The notes: generated by a model not told the origin, from the letters alone. Counted from the first letter of the stretch, positions 29,917 through 39,606 are shown. The stretch is DNA of 64,000 bases from Pedobacter sp. (GCA_050253415.1 JBFWJC010000002.1:128001-192000); one strand, 5' to 3'. Program-made: numbers and translations.

Positions 29917-30726
29917 TCAGTGTTTTTCGCCGTGTTTTTCGCCGGCCATGGCGTCGACAGCTTTGTTCGGAGCCGCCTCGACCTTGGTAAGAATCTTGCC
30001 GGTCTGGGCTTCGTCGAGCCATGCAACTTTGCCGGTGGCGACGTCGTAGATGGCGCCGACCACTTTGACCTTGCCGCTCTTGACCAGTTCGCGGGTGGCC
30101 GGGCTGGTCATGAAAAGATCTTCGATCCCTTGCCAGACGTTCTCCTCGATGGCGTAGGGAATGACCTTGTCGCCATGAGCTTCAGGGTGCGCGGCGATAG
30201 CTTTTTCGACCGCCGGCTGAATATTGTCCACCAAGGGCGGAATGTTGCGTTCCAGAGCGTGACCGGTGCCGTGAACAGCGTGGGTCACTGCGGTGACGGC
30301 GCCGCACTGGGTATGACCGAGCACCACCAGTACCGGGGTGTTGACGTGAGCCAGACCGTATTCGATGGAACCGGCTTCGTCGGTGTCGACCACGTTGCCC
30401 GCGACCCGGATCACAAAAATATCCATGACGCCGGCATCGAAGATGGCTTCGACCGGCACCCGCGAATCGGAACAGGTGATGACCGTGGCGTAGGCATAAT
30501 CTCCCTGGTTCTGGCTGCCTGCCAGGATCAAACGCTTTGCATCGCTATGGGGATGGATCGATTTGCCTGCTACGAAACGGGCATTGCCTTCCTTGAGCAT
30601 GACCACGGTTTCGTCGGGGCTGGGCTTGGCAGCTTTGCTGGAAGCCAGGGCCGGAGTCAGCATCAGGGCGGTGGCGAAAAGGGCCAGCACGCACAGGCGA
30701 AGGGTGAAACGGTTGGTGCGGTACAT
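29917..30726 (-). CDS. Beta-class carbonic anhydrase with signal peptide
   Basis: TCSDSRV, RVAGN, GHTQCGAV; hydrophobic N-terminus ending ALA. Confidence 0.92.
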   Translation of the reverse strand: MYRTNRFTLRLCVLALFATALMLTPALASSKAAKPSPDETVVMLKEGNARFVAGKSIHPHSDAKRLILAGSQNQGDYAYATVITCSDSRVPVEAIFDAGVMDIFVIRVAGNVVDTDEAGSIEYGLAHVNTPVLVVLGHTQCGAVTAVTHAVHGTGHALERNIPPLVDNIQPAVEKAIAAHPEAHGDKVIPYAIEENVWQGIEDLFMTSPATRELVKSGKVKVVGAIYDVATGKVAWLDEAQTGKILTKVEAAPNKAVDAMAGEKHGEKH

Positions 30727-30875
30727 ATACAATTCCTCCTATAAAAAGGTGTGAAAAATTGTTGCACAATTTAGCACCATTTGCGGCGGATGAAAATGGT
30801 CAAATGACCCGTAAACATCATGTTTGAGGTGGCGAAGGATATTATTTAATTCAGAATAGATCTGTTATACTAAGC

Positions 30876-31043
30876 CTAGGATCCTGTCGGACCAGCCATG
30901 AGCCGGCTGCAAATTCGACTGTTTGGCCCATATTTCAGCTCCTTTTCGGCCCATAGTTACAACTATGAACCTTCAAATGAGCTGAAATCTGTTCTCAAAC
31001 ATCCAAGTTTTGCTTCGGCCCGTATAGTCCGACAGGCACCTAG
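30876..31043. mobile_element. MITE-like element (about 168 bp) bounded by CTAG
   Basis: Terminal inverted repeats CTAGGATCCTGTCGGAC / GTCCGACAGGCACCTAG (15/17); internal hairpin ATTTCAGCTC...GAGCTGAAAT; no ORF. Confidence 0.65.
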
Positions 31044-31076
31044 TGCTTATAGCAGGTCGTAGCTCACTCTGGTGAT

Positions 31077-32333
31077 ATGGCCTCCAACTCATCGGTAACC
31101 TCCATGCCAAGAGGGTATATGAACCCTTCAGATTGTCTGCCGGAAAACAAATCCCTGGGTGACAAACAAGATCCGGGAATCGTCAATCAACCGGACGAGG
31201 CACATGCTGCCATCAACGAATTCCTTTCGCTGCTCAGTCATGAGTTGCGTACGCCGCTGGCCGGCACCATGGGAATGTTGGATCTTGTGTTGGCCGGAGA
31301 CCTGGCGGCCGACCAGCGCAGCGCACTGACTCTGGCGAATGCCTCGGCCCGGGCTATGTTGCGCATGGTTGAAGACATGCATGATCTTGCCCGCATTGAA
31401 ACGGGGCGATTTGCTTTGGAAAGCAGCCCTTTCGAAGTTCGACCCTGGGCTGACGAAATGGTCCAGGAGATTGCCAGCGCCGGCAGGGTCAATTTTTCGG
31501 TCGAGGTCGATGAGCAGGTGCCGGAGATTTTGGTTGGCGACGGGGATCGCATCGCCCACCTGGTCATGGGCCAGGTTGATTTGTTTCTCAAGCACAACAG
31601 AAGCCAGAATCTTTGTCTTACCCTCACTCTGGAAACTCAAGCGAGCGGTGATTACCTGCTGGTGACAATAGGCGAGACGGGCGCCATGCTTGCAGAGAGT
31701 GAGCGCGTGGATCTTCTGCAATGTTGCGGTAAGTTAACCCATGTTCCCCTGCTCACCTTTCGGCAAATTGGGCTCAAACAGGCGGTGGTAAGCAATCTGG
31801 CCGCTTCCCTGGGTGGTGCTTTATGGCCGGCACAAGAATCCGTTGATCGAAATATTCAGGCATTGGCCGTCCCCATTCAGCTTCCGGCGGGGTACGACAG
31901 GGTCGGGGTTGAGCCGCAGGTTGCAGAAGAACTTTTGTACAACGAAGGTGACGCCTCCCAGGCACATATTCTGCTGGTGGAAGATGATGATGCCATACGC
32001 AGATTGGTCGAACTGCTCCTGCAGCAGCGCGGTTGGCGCGTTACTGCCGTGGCGGATGGTCTCCATGCTCTGGAAGTATTGCAAAATAACCAATTTGATC
32101 TGGTACTGATGGATATCCGCATGCCGCGCCTCGATGGCCTTGAAACGACCCGTAGAATTCGCCGTCGAGAACAGAGCCTCGGCATGTCGCCGTTGCCGAT
32201 TGTCGGCATGACCGCCCATGCCGCCATGCAGGATCGCACCATGTGCCTGGAGGCAGGGATGGACGATCATCTCAGCAAGCCCATTGCTTCGAATCGTCTT
32301 TATGCCATGGTCGAAAAATATCTGGCTGGTTAG
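31077..32333 (+). CDS. Hybrid HisKA-receiver protein with degenerate ATPase domain (start uncertain, possibly 31119)
   Basis: LSHELRTPL H-box; receiver ILLVEDD/DLVLMDIRMP/MTAHA/SKP. Confidence 0.85.
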   Translation: MASNSSVTSMPRGYMNPSDCLPENKSLGDKQDPGIVNQPDEAHAAINEFLSLLSHELRTPLAGTMGMLDLVLAGDLAADQRSALTLANASARAMLRMVEDMHDLARIETGRFALESSPFEVRPWADEMVQEIASAGRVNFSVEVDEQVPEILVGDGDRIAHLVMGQVDLFLKHNRSQNLCLTLTLETQASGDYLLVTIGETGAMLAESERVDLLQCCGKLTHVPLLTFRQIGLKQAVVSNLAASLGGALWPAQESVDRNIQALAVPIQLPAGYDRVGVEPQVAEELLYNEGDASQAHILLVEDDDAIRRLVELLLQQRGWRVTAVADGLHALEVLQNNQFDLVLMDIRMPRLDGLETTRRIRRREQSLGMSPLPIVGMTAHAAMQDRTMCLEAGMDDHLSKPIASNRLYAMVEKYLAG

Positions 32334-32634
32334 TGCCCTGTGCGGCTGCCCCCCGTCTTATGATTCGGACGCGCATTAAAGCTATCAGCGGTGGGTCGAC
32401 TTTACTTAATGCGTGGCCAGGTTTGCCTTGCCTGTTTTGGTAGCGCCGGGAATGTCAACAAATGATGTGAGGCGACTGACCTTAAGGTATGGGTTTCTGG
32501 TCGTTTAGAAGACCCTGGTGCTTGGTCGGTATGTCTTTTTCTAACCGTTCGAGATCAGGAAAACGCCGTTTACGGCAATGATTTTTGCAGGCCGATTTTT
32601 TTCATAGTCTGAAAAAAATCGGCCGAAAAAAAAC

Positions 32635-32662
32635 TTGACATACACGCAAACGTCAGTATAAT
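32635..32662 (+). promoter_or_regulatory. Consensus sigma70 promoter of the tRNA gene
   Basis: TTGACA-16 bp-TATAAT with an A-tract upstream. Confidence 0.85.
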
Positions 32663-32724
32663 CCAGCCCATCGCTACACGAGATTCCTGGTTTCTTCAGG
32701 AAGCACGCTCGGGTGTGATAGTAT

Positions 32725-32755
32725 TCCCTGGTAGCTCAGTTGGTAGAGCGAGTGA
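32725..32755 (+). pseudogene. 5' half of a tRNA (probably tRNA-Asn) interrupted at the anticodon arm; left prophage junction
   Basis: TCCCTGG-TA-GCTC-AGTTGGTA-GAGC-G-AGTGA gives acceptor 5' strand, D arm and anticodon 5' strand; no T-arm or 3' acceptor follows. Asn is inferred from the U1-C2-C3 start only. Confidence 0.8.
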
Positions 32756-32770
32756 TCGCCTAAAAATAAT

Positions 32771-32806
32771 AAAAGCCCGCAGGTTGTTGAATCTGCGGGC
32801 TTTTTT
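32771..32806. terminator. Bidirectional intrinsic terminator at the prophage left end
   Basis: AAAAGCCCGCAG-gttgttgaat-CTGCGGGCTTTTTT, with A/T tracts on both sides. Confidence 0.85.
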
Positions 32807-32901
32807 GCGTCTTTTTGGCTACAAGGCAGTTTTTGTCTTTGCGGTTAAATCGTCTTTTCTGTTGTAAAAACAGTAAGTTACAATTTGTAGACCTGTGCCG
32901 T

Positions 32902-34380
32902 TTAGCTGCTTTTGGTGGGTGCTTTTGGGCCTTTTTTGGCTGCTGGCAAGTGGATCCTGGCGGTGTGTTCCCCGGCGGCGTTCCTCGGGAACGGGTAGGT
33001 TATGAGCGCGTAGCTGCTGTATAGGCTGACCTTGGTTATGGCGACGGACAGGACTTTGCGCTGCTCCGTTTCGCTGAGCAGGTCGAACTCTTCCCGGGTG
33101 ATGGACAGGGCATCCCAGTCGGGTTGATCCGGTCGGGTGGCTTCGATCTTGCGCCGACGCTCGCGCAGTGCGCCGATGGATGCTTCAATGTCCTGCATTT
33201 TTGCCCGGGCGTCTTCCATGCGCAGGATCCCGTCTGCGATGGCAGCGACCAGGTTATTCTTGCGCTGTTGTTCCTGGTGTTCTTCGCGGTCGATGGCTGC
33301 GAGCTGCTCTGAGGTGGTGTCCTGGCTCTGGGAGGCATGCCACCATGTTTTAAGTTTATCGGTGCTGCTCAGCGTACCGAAAAGGTTGGTGAGCACGCGC
33401 TCGTTGAGGGTGTGCTGTGGGATCATTCTGGACCGGTCGCATGCTCCTGCCGTGTTTTTGGAGCGGCAGCCATAGTAATCGATGCGCGTGCCGTCGTTGC
33501 GGGTGCGACTGTTGCGCCAGGTCTTGACGGTGAGATCGCAATAGCCGCAGCGCAGCAGGTCCAGGTTGGACAAGAGGGCCGCGGCTTCGCGTTTGACGCC
33601 GTTGGTCTTGCGGGTGCGTCGACTGGATCGGATGCGATCGGCTTGCTCGGCGTCCATGACGGGAGTCCAGGACCCTGCGACGATGTCGCCTGTCTCCGGG
33701 TCTTTACGCAGCGCTTGATAAAAGAGCAGTCTATCGTCGGATATGATGCGGCGGATGGAGATCTCCGCACGGCCGAGTTGTTCGGCGATGGCTTTGGCAC
33801 TGTTGGTTTCGGCCAGTTGCCAGATATGTTGACATTCGGCGAGTTGGTCGGTGTCAATCTCTACTTCGCCGGTGTTGCGATCGTAGCGGTATGGGGGTGG
33901 CGCTTTTCCGCCAAGCCATTTACCGGCGCGCAGTGCTTCGCGGCGGCCTTCTGCCATGCGGGCCTGCAGCACCTTCATTTCGACGGAGGAAAAACCGCCC
34001 TCCATCAGCAGGAGCATCCAGTCGCTGTGCTGCTTGGGGTCGAGGCTGCGTGATGGTGTTGCCAGTTTGACGCCGTGTTCGGCGCAGAGATTGAGCCAGC
34101 TGAGATAGTCGGCGAGGGTGTCGTCGCGGCTCAGGCGTGATAGTTCGATGACCAGGATCATGCCTATCTTGCCGGCACGTACGTCAGACTCAAGGCGTGC
34201 GCGTTCGCGCAGATCTTCGACCTTACCCTTGGCAGCACTGGCATGGCCGTCGTCATAGACTTCGACCTGCCATCCCTGCGATGAGGCGTAGGCCGGCAGC
34301 TGCTCGCGTTGGACGGTGAGCCGGTGGGATGGTTTGTTTTTGTCTTCGCGGGATTTGCGTATGTAGACTGCTGCGATCAT
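32902..34380 (-). CDS. Large serine recombinase (phage integrase)
   Basis: YIRKS catalytic Ser, ELSRLSR, GKWLGG..PPPY recombinase domain, LRCGYC...YYGC Zn ribbon, coiled coil. Confidence 0.92.
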   Translation of the reverse strand: MIAAVYIRKSREDKNKPSHRLTVQREQLPAYASSQGWQVEVYDDGHASAAKGKVEDLRERARLESDVRAGKIGMILVIELSRLSRDDTLADYLSWLNLCAEHGVKLATPSRSLDPKQHSDWMLLLMEGGFSSVEMKVLQARMAEGRREALRAGKWLGGKAPPPYRYDRNTGEVEIDTDQLAECQHIWQLAETNSAKAIAEQLGRAEISIRRIISDDRLLFYQALRKDPETGDIVAGSWTPVMDAEQADRIRSSRRTRKTNGVKREAAALLSNLDLLRCGYCDLTVKTWRNSRTRNDGTRIDYYGCRSKNTAGACDRSRMIPQHTLNERVLTNLFGTLSSTDKLKTWWHASQSQDTTSEQLAAIDREEHQEQQRKNNLVAAIADGILRMEDARAKMQDIEASIGALRERRRKIEATRPDQPDWDALSITREEFDLLSETEQRKVLSVAITKVSLYSSYALITYPFPRNAAGEHTARIHLPAAKKGPKAPTKSS

Positions 34381-34434
34381 GCGGGTAGAGTACCACCATA
34401 AAAAAACGAATTGATTAGGCTTGAAACAAAGGGC

Positions 34435-35175
34435 CTAACCAACATATATCTCATTTATTTCCCGGCAAAGTCCGTCAACATCAGGAAATAGAGTGTAATG
34501 GCTAACACCAAATTTTTTAAGGAACTTTCTAATGTTTTGGATTGAATCATCAGGTATTTCAATCTTTCTAACATATTCTGGAAACTCGACTTCTATCGGC
34601 AAGACAGAGGCACCATGTACAGTAAAAAGCCCTCTCTGCGCTACTATTCTTTCGTTTATTGATGGTGGATATATCACTACAGGTGAATCAATTGGACAAT
34701 TTTCTATATCGTCATTGTTTTGATTAACTATATCTATGTAGCTTGTTTTATTAAATTCTTTGCTCCATGTCGCTTCTATGTTTGGAACGCCAACAGAGAC
34801 ATCATTTAACATATATGGGTTTAAGATCCATACACATGGGGACTTAAACGTTTCTGCCGACGTTGCAAAAAATAAAGCTACTCCTAGGCTTTCTGTCCAA
34901 TCCAAAAGCCTTGTTGGTAAACCATGGTGCCTCATTGTGTAGGCGATATTCCAACAATATGAATCACTGTTGAATTTCCTATATTTGGACGCAAAATTTG
35001 CAAAAATACTTATTTCTTTATCCTTTTTTATTTCTTTTCTGAAAAGTGTTGGCTCAAGCTTCCAGCTTCCATTGCTATGTCCTCTGTAGATAAGAGAAGG
35101 GCCGGTTTCTTCCCATCCAAGTGACTTTTCTGCTTCTTCTATTTTCTCAAATATTTTTATGACAGAGGCATGCAT
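34435..35175 (-). CDS. FRG domain-containing protein (AT-rich moron)
   Basis: IYRGH, L.PTLFR, RHHGLPTRLLDWT, NERIVAQRGLF, TLFPDVDG. Confidence 0.88.
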   Translation of the reverse strand: MHASVIKIFEKIEEAEKSLGWEETGPSLIYRGHSNGSWKLEPTLFRKEIKKDKEISIFANFASKYRKFNSDSYCWNIAYTMRHHGLPTRLLDWTESLGVALFFATSAETFKSPCVWILNPYMLNDVSVGVPNIEATWSKEFNKTSYIDIVNQNNDDIENCPIDSPVVIYPPSINERIVAQRGLFTVHGASVLPIEVEFPEYVRKIEIPDDSIQNIRKFLKKFGVSHYTLFPDVDGLCREINEIYVG

Positions 35176-35223
35176 AAAGGCCCCTTCTCCTTGTTCAGAA
35201 AAAAATGTAACTGCAGGACTAAA

Positions 35224-35559
35224 TCAATTATCAATATAAACCCGCTCAACGGGGAATTTGGTCGCTGGAAACTCAACGGTCATTTTGACCCTGTCGCCTT
35301 GTTTCATGCGTCCGCCATTGACCTCTTTGCAGACTTTTTTGTTGTCGCCGGTCACTCCGCAGACATCGACATTAAGCAGGGAGGATTGCGCGCCCGCTCT
35401 GGCCAGGGTGATGGTGATGTTGGCGGCGCTGGCTCCGTAGCCGTTGCGGTACATCTTATTGACCTTGACGCGCCAGACGTCGTTGCGATGGGCGAGGGCC
35501 GTGGTGGCTATGAGCAACAGGCTTGCTATGAGTATCAGTTTTTTCAATGTACCCTCCAA
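35224..35559 (-). CDS. Small exported hypothetical protein
   Basis: Signal peptide (KKLILIASLLLIATTALA), two Cys. Confidence 0.7.
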   Translation of the reverse strand: MEGTLKKLILIASLLLIATTALAHRNDVWRVKVNKMYRNGYGASAANITITLARAGAQSSLLNVDVCGVTGDNKKVCKEVNGGRMKQGDRVKMTVEFPATKFPVERVYIDN

Positions 35560-35569
35560 ATTATGTCGG

Positions 35570-35902
35570 TTATTGGCATCTTGTCACGCCGAGGACCTTC
35601 CAGCTTTCTCCACGTACGACTGAGCCATAGTCGATTATTTCAACCCGGATGGGCTGACCGGATATCCCATGTTCCGCCAGGACAAGACAAAAGTAATCGG
35701 CGTAACCGTCACGTTGGGACCCATTGTCAAAAACCCCGATTTTCAGGATGGAATCTGTCGCCCAAAGGGCATCTTTTACCTGGGGCTCCTGGTCGCTTTT
35801 TAGGTAGCGCACGACCTCTTGTTGCTGTCTGCTTTGATCGGCATGAACAACTGCGGCCACGGTGAATAAAAGAGATGCTGCAATAAAAACAAGTCGATAC
35901 AT
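35570..35902 (-). CDS. Small exported hypothetical protein
   Basis: Signal peptide (MYRLVFIAASLLFTVAAVVHA), AAGGAG RBS, two Cys. Confidence 0.75.
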   Translation of the reverse strand: MYRLVFIAASLLFTVAAVVHADQSRQQQEVVRYLKSDQEPQVKDALWATDSILKIGVFDNGSQRDGYADYFCLVLAEHGISGQPIRVEIIDYGSVVRGESWKVLGVTRCQ

Positions 35903-36287
35903 TTGTCCGATCTCCTTTTTTTTACCCTTCGCGTAAACAGTGTAACCTATGAACTTCCAATGAGTTTTATTTTTAATGAATCGTTCGTTCAGGCATATTA
36001 GTATGGCCGATTACGGTGAAGCCCGTTTTTTGTTTACCATGGCTTTTGATGCCAGGTATCCGGCTTTGGCCGATGCCATGATTGCCGGTTTGAGTTGGTC
36101 CTGGGTGTGGAGATAGTAGTAGAGCAGTTGTTCTTCGTCCCCCGTTTTTTTTTGCATAAACCCCTCCAAACAATGTTTTATAAATATGTAATTAATCACA
36201 TTTGGAGAGGTTAACTTATTTGTTGCACTCCGGCAACAAATATACCTTTTGTGGTATATTTTCCGCTTTTTATACGGTTTTTTGTAT

Positions 36288-36701
36288 ATGTCAGAGCTCG
36301 GATTAACAATTAAGCGGGTGAGATTATCCCGAAAGATATCCCAATCTGCGCTGGCCATTGCGGTAGGGGTGGCTCAGCCGCACATCTCGGAGATCGAGAC
36401 GGGGGACTGGGCTCCTCCACGTGATGTTTTGATACGTATTGCCAGGGAGCTGCAGGCGCCGGAGATTCTACTCGAGGCACTGCGTCACTCGCCTATTTTG
36501 CATGAGGTTTTGTCGATGCTCGGCGTCGATCAGCGCGACCCGTCACCGCATGTGTTGATCGACCTGATCCGCAAGGAGTTGACGCTGCTTGAGGGTGATA
36601 TTGCTTCTCAGGGTGCCGATCCTCAGACGCGGTCCGCCGGGTTGATCGAGATGTGTCGTATGTTGACGCTGATTTTGGCGGCCCGGTCTCATTCTGGCTA
36701 G
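36288..36701 (+). CDS. XRE-family HTH regulator
   Basis: IKRVRLSRKISQSALAIAVGVAQPHISEIETG. Confidence 0.75.
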   Translation: MSELGLTIKRVRLSRKISQSALAIAVGVAQPHISEIETGDWAPPRDVLIRIARELQAPEILLEALRHSPILHEVLSMLGVDQRDPSPHVLIDLIRKELTLLEGDIASQGADPQTRSAGLIEMCRMLTLILAARSHSG

Positions 36702-36703
36702 TT

Positions 36704-37129
36704 TTACCCCTCTGTTTTGCTCATCTTTTGCGCGATGACACGCATGCTGGCCTGCACAAGCATGTCGCGCTGATCTTCTGCCGTCATCTGGTTATAGAGA
36801 TTGACCAGTAATGCGGCACCCTCCGATAGTTCCACTCCCTTTGCGTTGTATCCATCCAGGCTTTCTGCGACAAGTTCGGCGAGTTCTGGCGGCAGAAGGG
36901 GTTGTTTTTCCTCTTTTGGTCGCACCTCTCCTTCGCCGGTTTTTAGCCATGCATAATTTACCTTTGTCATAGCTGCTACTTGCGCAATGGCCCCATCGGG
37001 AACTTTCCCACGGTCACGCCATCGGCTAATCGTACTTTGATTTTTACCAAGGAAATCAGCTAGTTCCGTTGCTTTATCCACCCCGCAAGCCAGCATCATC
37101 CTTTTGATAATATCTTCAAAAATTGACAT
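36704..37129 (-). CDS. Phage CI-like repressor (HTH only, no S24 peptidase domain)
   Basis: ELADFLGKNQSTISRWRDRGKVP...VNYAWLKTGEG; divergent from the early operon. Confidence 0.85.
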   Translation of the reverse strand: MSIFEDIIKRMMLACGVDKATELADFLGKNQSTISRWRDRGKVPDGAIAQVAAMTKVNYAWLKTGEGEVRPKEEKQPLLPPELAELVAESLDGYNAKGVELSEGAALLVNLYNQMTAEDQRDMLVQASMRVIAQKMSKTEG

Positions 37130-37144
37130 AAGTAATTTTTCTTG

Positions 37145-37173
37145 TTGACAGTATTACAAAAGTCATTTATTGT
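37145..37173 (+). promoter_or_regulatory. Rightward early promoter (PR-like)
   Basis: TTGACA-17 bp-TATTGT in the repressor/cro intergenic region. Confidence 0.6.
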
Positions 37174-37323
37174 CATCACAGGCGTTAGGAGAAACCAAGC
37201 AAAACTAACGTGACAAAGGATTTCGGTGGACCTTTGCAGGTCAAACACAATCGTTTTTAGGGTTTTTGCAAAATCCCTAAAGATAGTCACTGCTGACATT
37301 AACAACAAGTAAGGAATTTCGCA

Positions 37324-37545
37324 ATGGAAAATTCGGGCACCGTACAGGTCGACACTGTCGCCACCGCTGATGCGGTCCGGGCCAGATACGGCTCGGTGTT
37401 GGAGTTCTGCCGGCAGGCAAGTATCCCCACGGACACGTTTTACAGGGCTGTTAAGGGGACTCGTGGTCATACGCGTAAAAAGAGTGCTCCGGCTTTGGTT
37501 GTGGAGCGTTTGAGGGCCGAGGGGCTGTTGGTTCTCAAGCATTGA
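37324..37545 (+). CDS. Cro/Ner-like small DNA-binding protein
   Basis: First gene divergent from the repressor; RYGSVLEFCRQASIPTDTFYRAVKG HTH-like. Confidence 0.65.
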   Translation: MENSGTVQVDTVATADAVRARYGSVLEFCRQASIPTDTFYRAVKGTRGHTRKKSAPALVVERLRAEGLLVLKH

Positions 37546-37598
37546 GCTTAGCAGGTTTTTTTGAAGTTTATTTTAGGGAGTTTTGACGGGGGCTAATC

Positions 37599-38084
37599 AT
37601 GGAAACAAGTCACAGGAGTCAACCGGAAGAGACGTTGAGGGAGTTTTTGTCCTCGTGGTGCAAGGACGGAGGTAAGGCTGCCGGGATAAATCTCAAGCGG
37701 CAGGCGGAACTTTTGGGGTTGCCGGAGAGTACGTTTGGTAACGCGATCAATCCGCACCTGAAGGCTATGGAGTACAAGCTTTCGTGGTTGATCCCTCATA
37801 TGTTGATCCTCAACAGTCTTGAGCCGATGAACTACCTGGCGTCTTGTGTCGGCATGGTGATGTTTAAGCTTCCGGATGCTCCTGGTGGGATCTCTGAGTT
37901 GCATAAGGAACTGGCTCTGTCGATCAAGGAGTTTGGCGATGTGGTGATGGAGACGGGCGAGGCGCTTAAGGATAACCGTCTGCAGCGTCACGAGGTGATC
38001 AAGATCGAGAAGGAGATAGACGAGGTTGTGCGTCAGTTGATGGGTTTTAGGCAAAAGCTCAAAGACAACATGGAGCGTTTGTGA
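37599..38084 (+). CDS. Phage regulatory CII-like protein
   Basis: Position after cro; AELLG..STFGNAINP HTH and KEFGDV...ALKDNRL...E..KI helical C-terminus. Confidence 0.7.
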   Translation: METSHRSQPEETLREFLSSWCKDGGKAAGINLKRQAELLGLPESTFGNAINPHLKAMEYKLSWLIPHMLILNSLEPMNYLASCVGMVMFKLPDAPGGISELHKELALSIKEFGDVVMETGEALKDNRLQRHEVIKIEKEIDEVVRQLMGFRQKLKDNMERL

Positions 38085-38233
38085 TGGCCCAGCGCCCGTA
38101 CCAGATCACGCGAGAGCAGCTGACGGACGAGGAGTGGCATCACATGTCTAAGGTGATGTTTCCGGTCCTGTTGGAGGCCAAGCGCAAGGCTCAGGCGATT
38201 ATGGCGCAGCGCAAGCGCGAGCAAGCGAACTAA
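38084..38233 (+). CDS. Small hypothetical phage protein (49 aa)
   Basis: MAQRPYQITREQLTDEEW...; start/stop overlaps with both neighbours. Confidence 0.6.
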   Translation: MAQRPYQITREQLTDEEWHHMSKVMFPVLLEAKRKAQAIMAQRKREQAN

Positions 38234-38547
38234 TGAAGCATGTCCGGGCGTATTTTAAGCCTTTTGTGGATGCTTTTAACCGTCTTGCAGACGCGGGTGA
38301 TGAAGAGTTTGAGGCCATGGCGACGGAGTTGGCGCTTGCGGGGTGTCCGTTTAAGCAGCTGACGATCGGGCAGGTCATGGCGTTGATGGAGCATGGCAGC
38401 CTTAAGTATTGGATTTCTACCAAAGGGGGTCAGGATGATCGGTTTCGGTTTGGTTCGGAAATTATTGGAGCGCCGCAAGGTAAAGAGTCGGTTGAACAAA
38501 CTGATGTTGATCCCGACGAATTCACGCCAGCCTTTAATTGTCCCTGA
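38233..38547 (+). CDS. Hypothetical phage protein
   Basis: TAATG coupling to the upstream ORF. Confidence 0.6.
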   Translation: MKHVRAYFKPFVDAFNRLADAGDEEFEAMATELALAGCPFKQLTIGQVMALMEHGSLKYWISTKGGQDDRFRFGSEIIGAPQGKESVEQTDVDPDEFTPAFNCP

Positions 38548-39372
38548 TTTTTGCCCTGTGTGTAGCCGGTCTATACAGGGCCCTGTGTACAGACACAGGG
38601 AGATCACGCCGCAGGGCTCGCGGATCATCCTTGTTTGTCACCTTTGTGAGAGCCTTGGATATACGGACAGTGTTATCACCGCCGCTGCGCAAAGACAGGC
38701 AGCGGGTCACCAAAGTCGCCCAGGACAAGCCCACCTGGTCGGCTCCCACCAAGCCCCGGGCTAGTTCCTCCTTGCTGCCAGGCGGGTCGCCAGCCCGCCG
38801 GGAATTTTTACCGACTATTTCCGGGCCTCCCCTCCCGGTCCTGCTTAAAAGGGGCAAACGAGCCCGGAGAATCTTACTCCGGATCTCCGGGCTCGGACAA
38901 CCATCGGAGGGTATGGTGGATGTCACATGAGCTCTTATATCTGTTCCTGGTGCGGGGCTTATATAGGCCGCGCCGATACTCCGGAGGACAGTCATGGTTG
39001 TTGTAAGTCGTGTTTTACAAAAATCTTGGCAGAGGATGATCTTATTGCTGTGCCGGCTGGTTTTCCCCTGTCCCCCCTCGGGATGGCGGTGGCCAATGCG
39101 TGTTGATCATGCTCTCCACAGGGTTACGGCTTGGGTTGTAGCGTTTACCGTGTTGATGGTCGTCGGCCAGATAATGAGGGGGTTGTGTGGCGCGTAGCAA
39201 ATTTATAGGGGATATGCATAAAGCTGAGGCCAAAGTCAGGGCGGCTTTGGCTGGAGAGGTTCGGACGTTGACTCGGGAAGAGATAGACGAGATCGCGCCG
39301 ACTCTGCAGCCGCCGATTGTCGAAAAGCGCTGCCTTGAATATGGATATGTCGATGAGTGAGAGGCTAACGCC

Positions 39373-39606
39373 ATGATCTACCGAGACTGTAAGACCTGTA
39401 AGCACAAAGGACGCTGTTCGTCTGAGTCGGACCATTGCCGCGAGTCTATGTTTGCCCATGGTAATCGTGTACCAGCTCCAGAATGTGGTGAGTATAGCCC
39501 GCGTTTTACTCGTGGTGTTGATGGCGTTATTGATCCTGCTCCCTCCCCGCGCCCCTCCCAATACGGGGACATCACCAGTATTAATCATGGAGGTTCGGCA
39601 TGTTGA
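39373..39606 (+). CDS. Small Cys-rich hypothetical protein
   Basis: CKTCKH..C; overlaps the next start. Confidence 0.45.
   Translation: MIYRDCKTCKHKGRCSSESDHCRESMFAHGNRVPAPECGEYSPRFTRGVDGVIDPAPSPRPSQYGDITSINHGGSAC

Noticed and set aside
32725..32800. Intact tRNA gene
   Set aside because: No anticodon loop and 3' strand, T-arm or acceptor 3' strand follows position 32755
32902..34380. Prophage integrase as the cassette recombinase
   Set aside because: It is a serine recombinase; attC recombination is known only for IntI tyrosine recombinases, and no tyrosine recombinase motif was seen in the window
38548..39372. Several overlapping short ORFs in the early region
   Set aside because: Could not decide which frames are real without homology evidence
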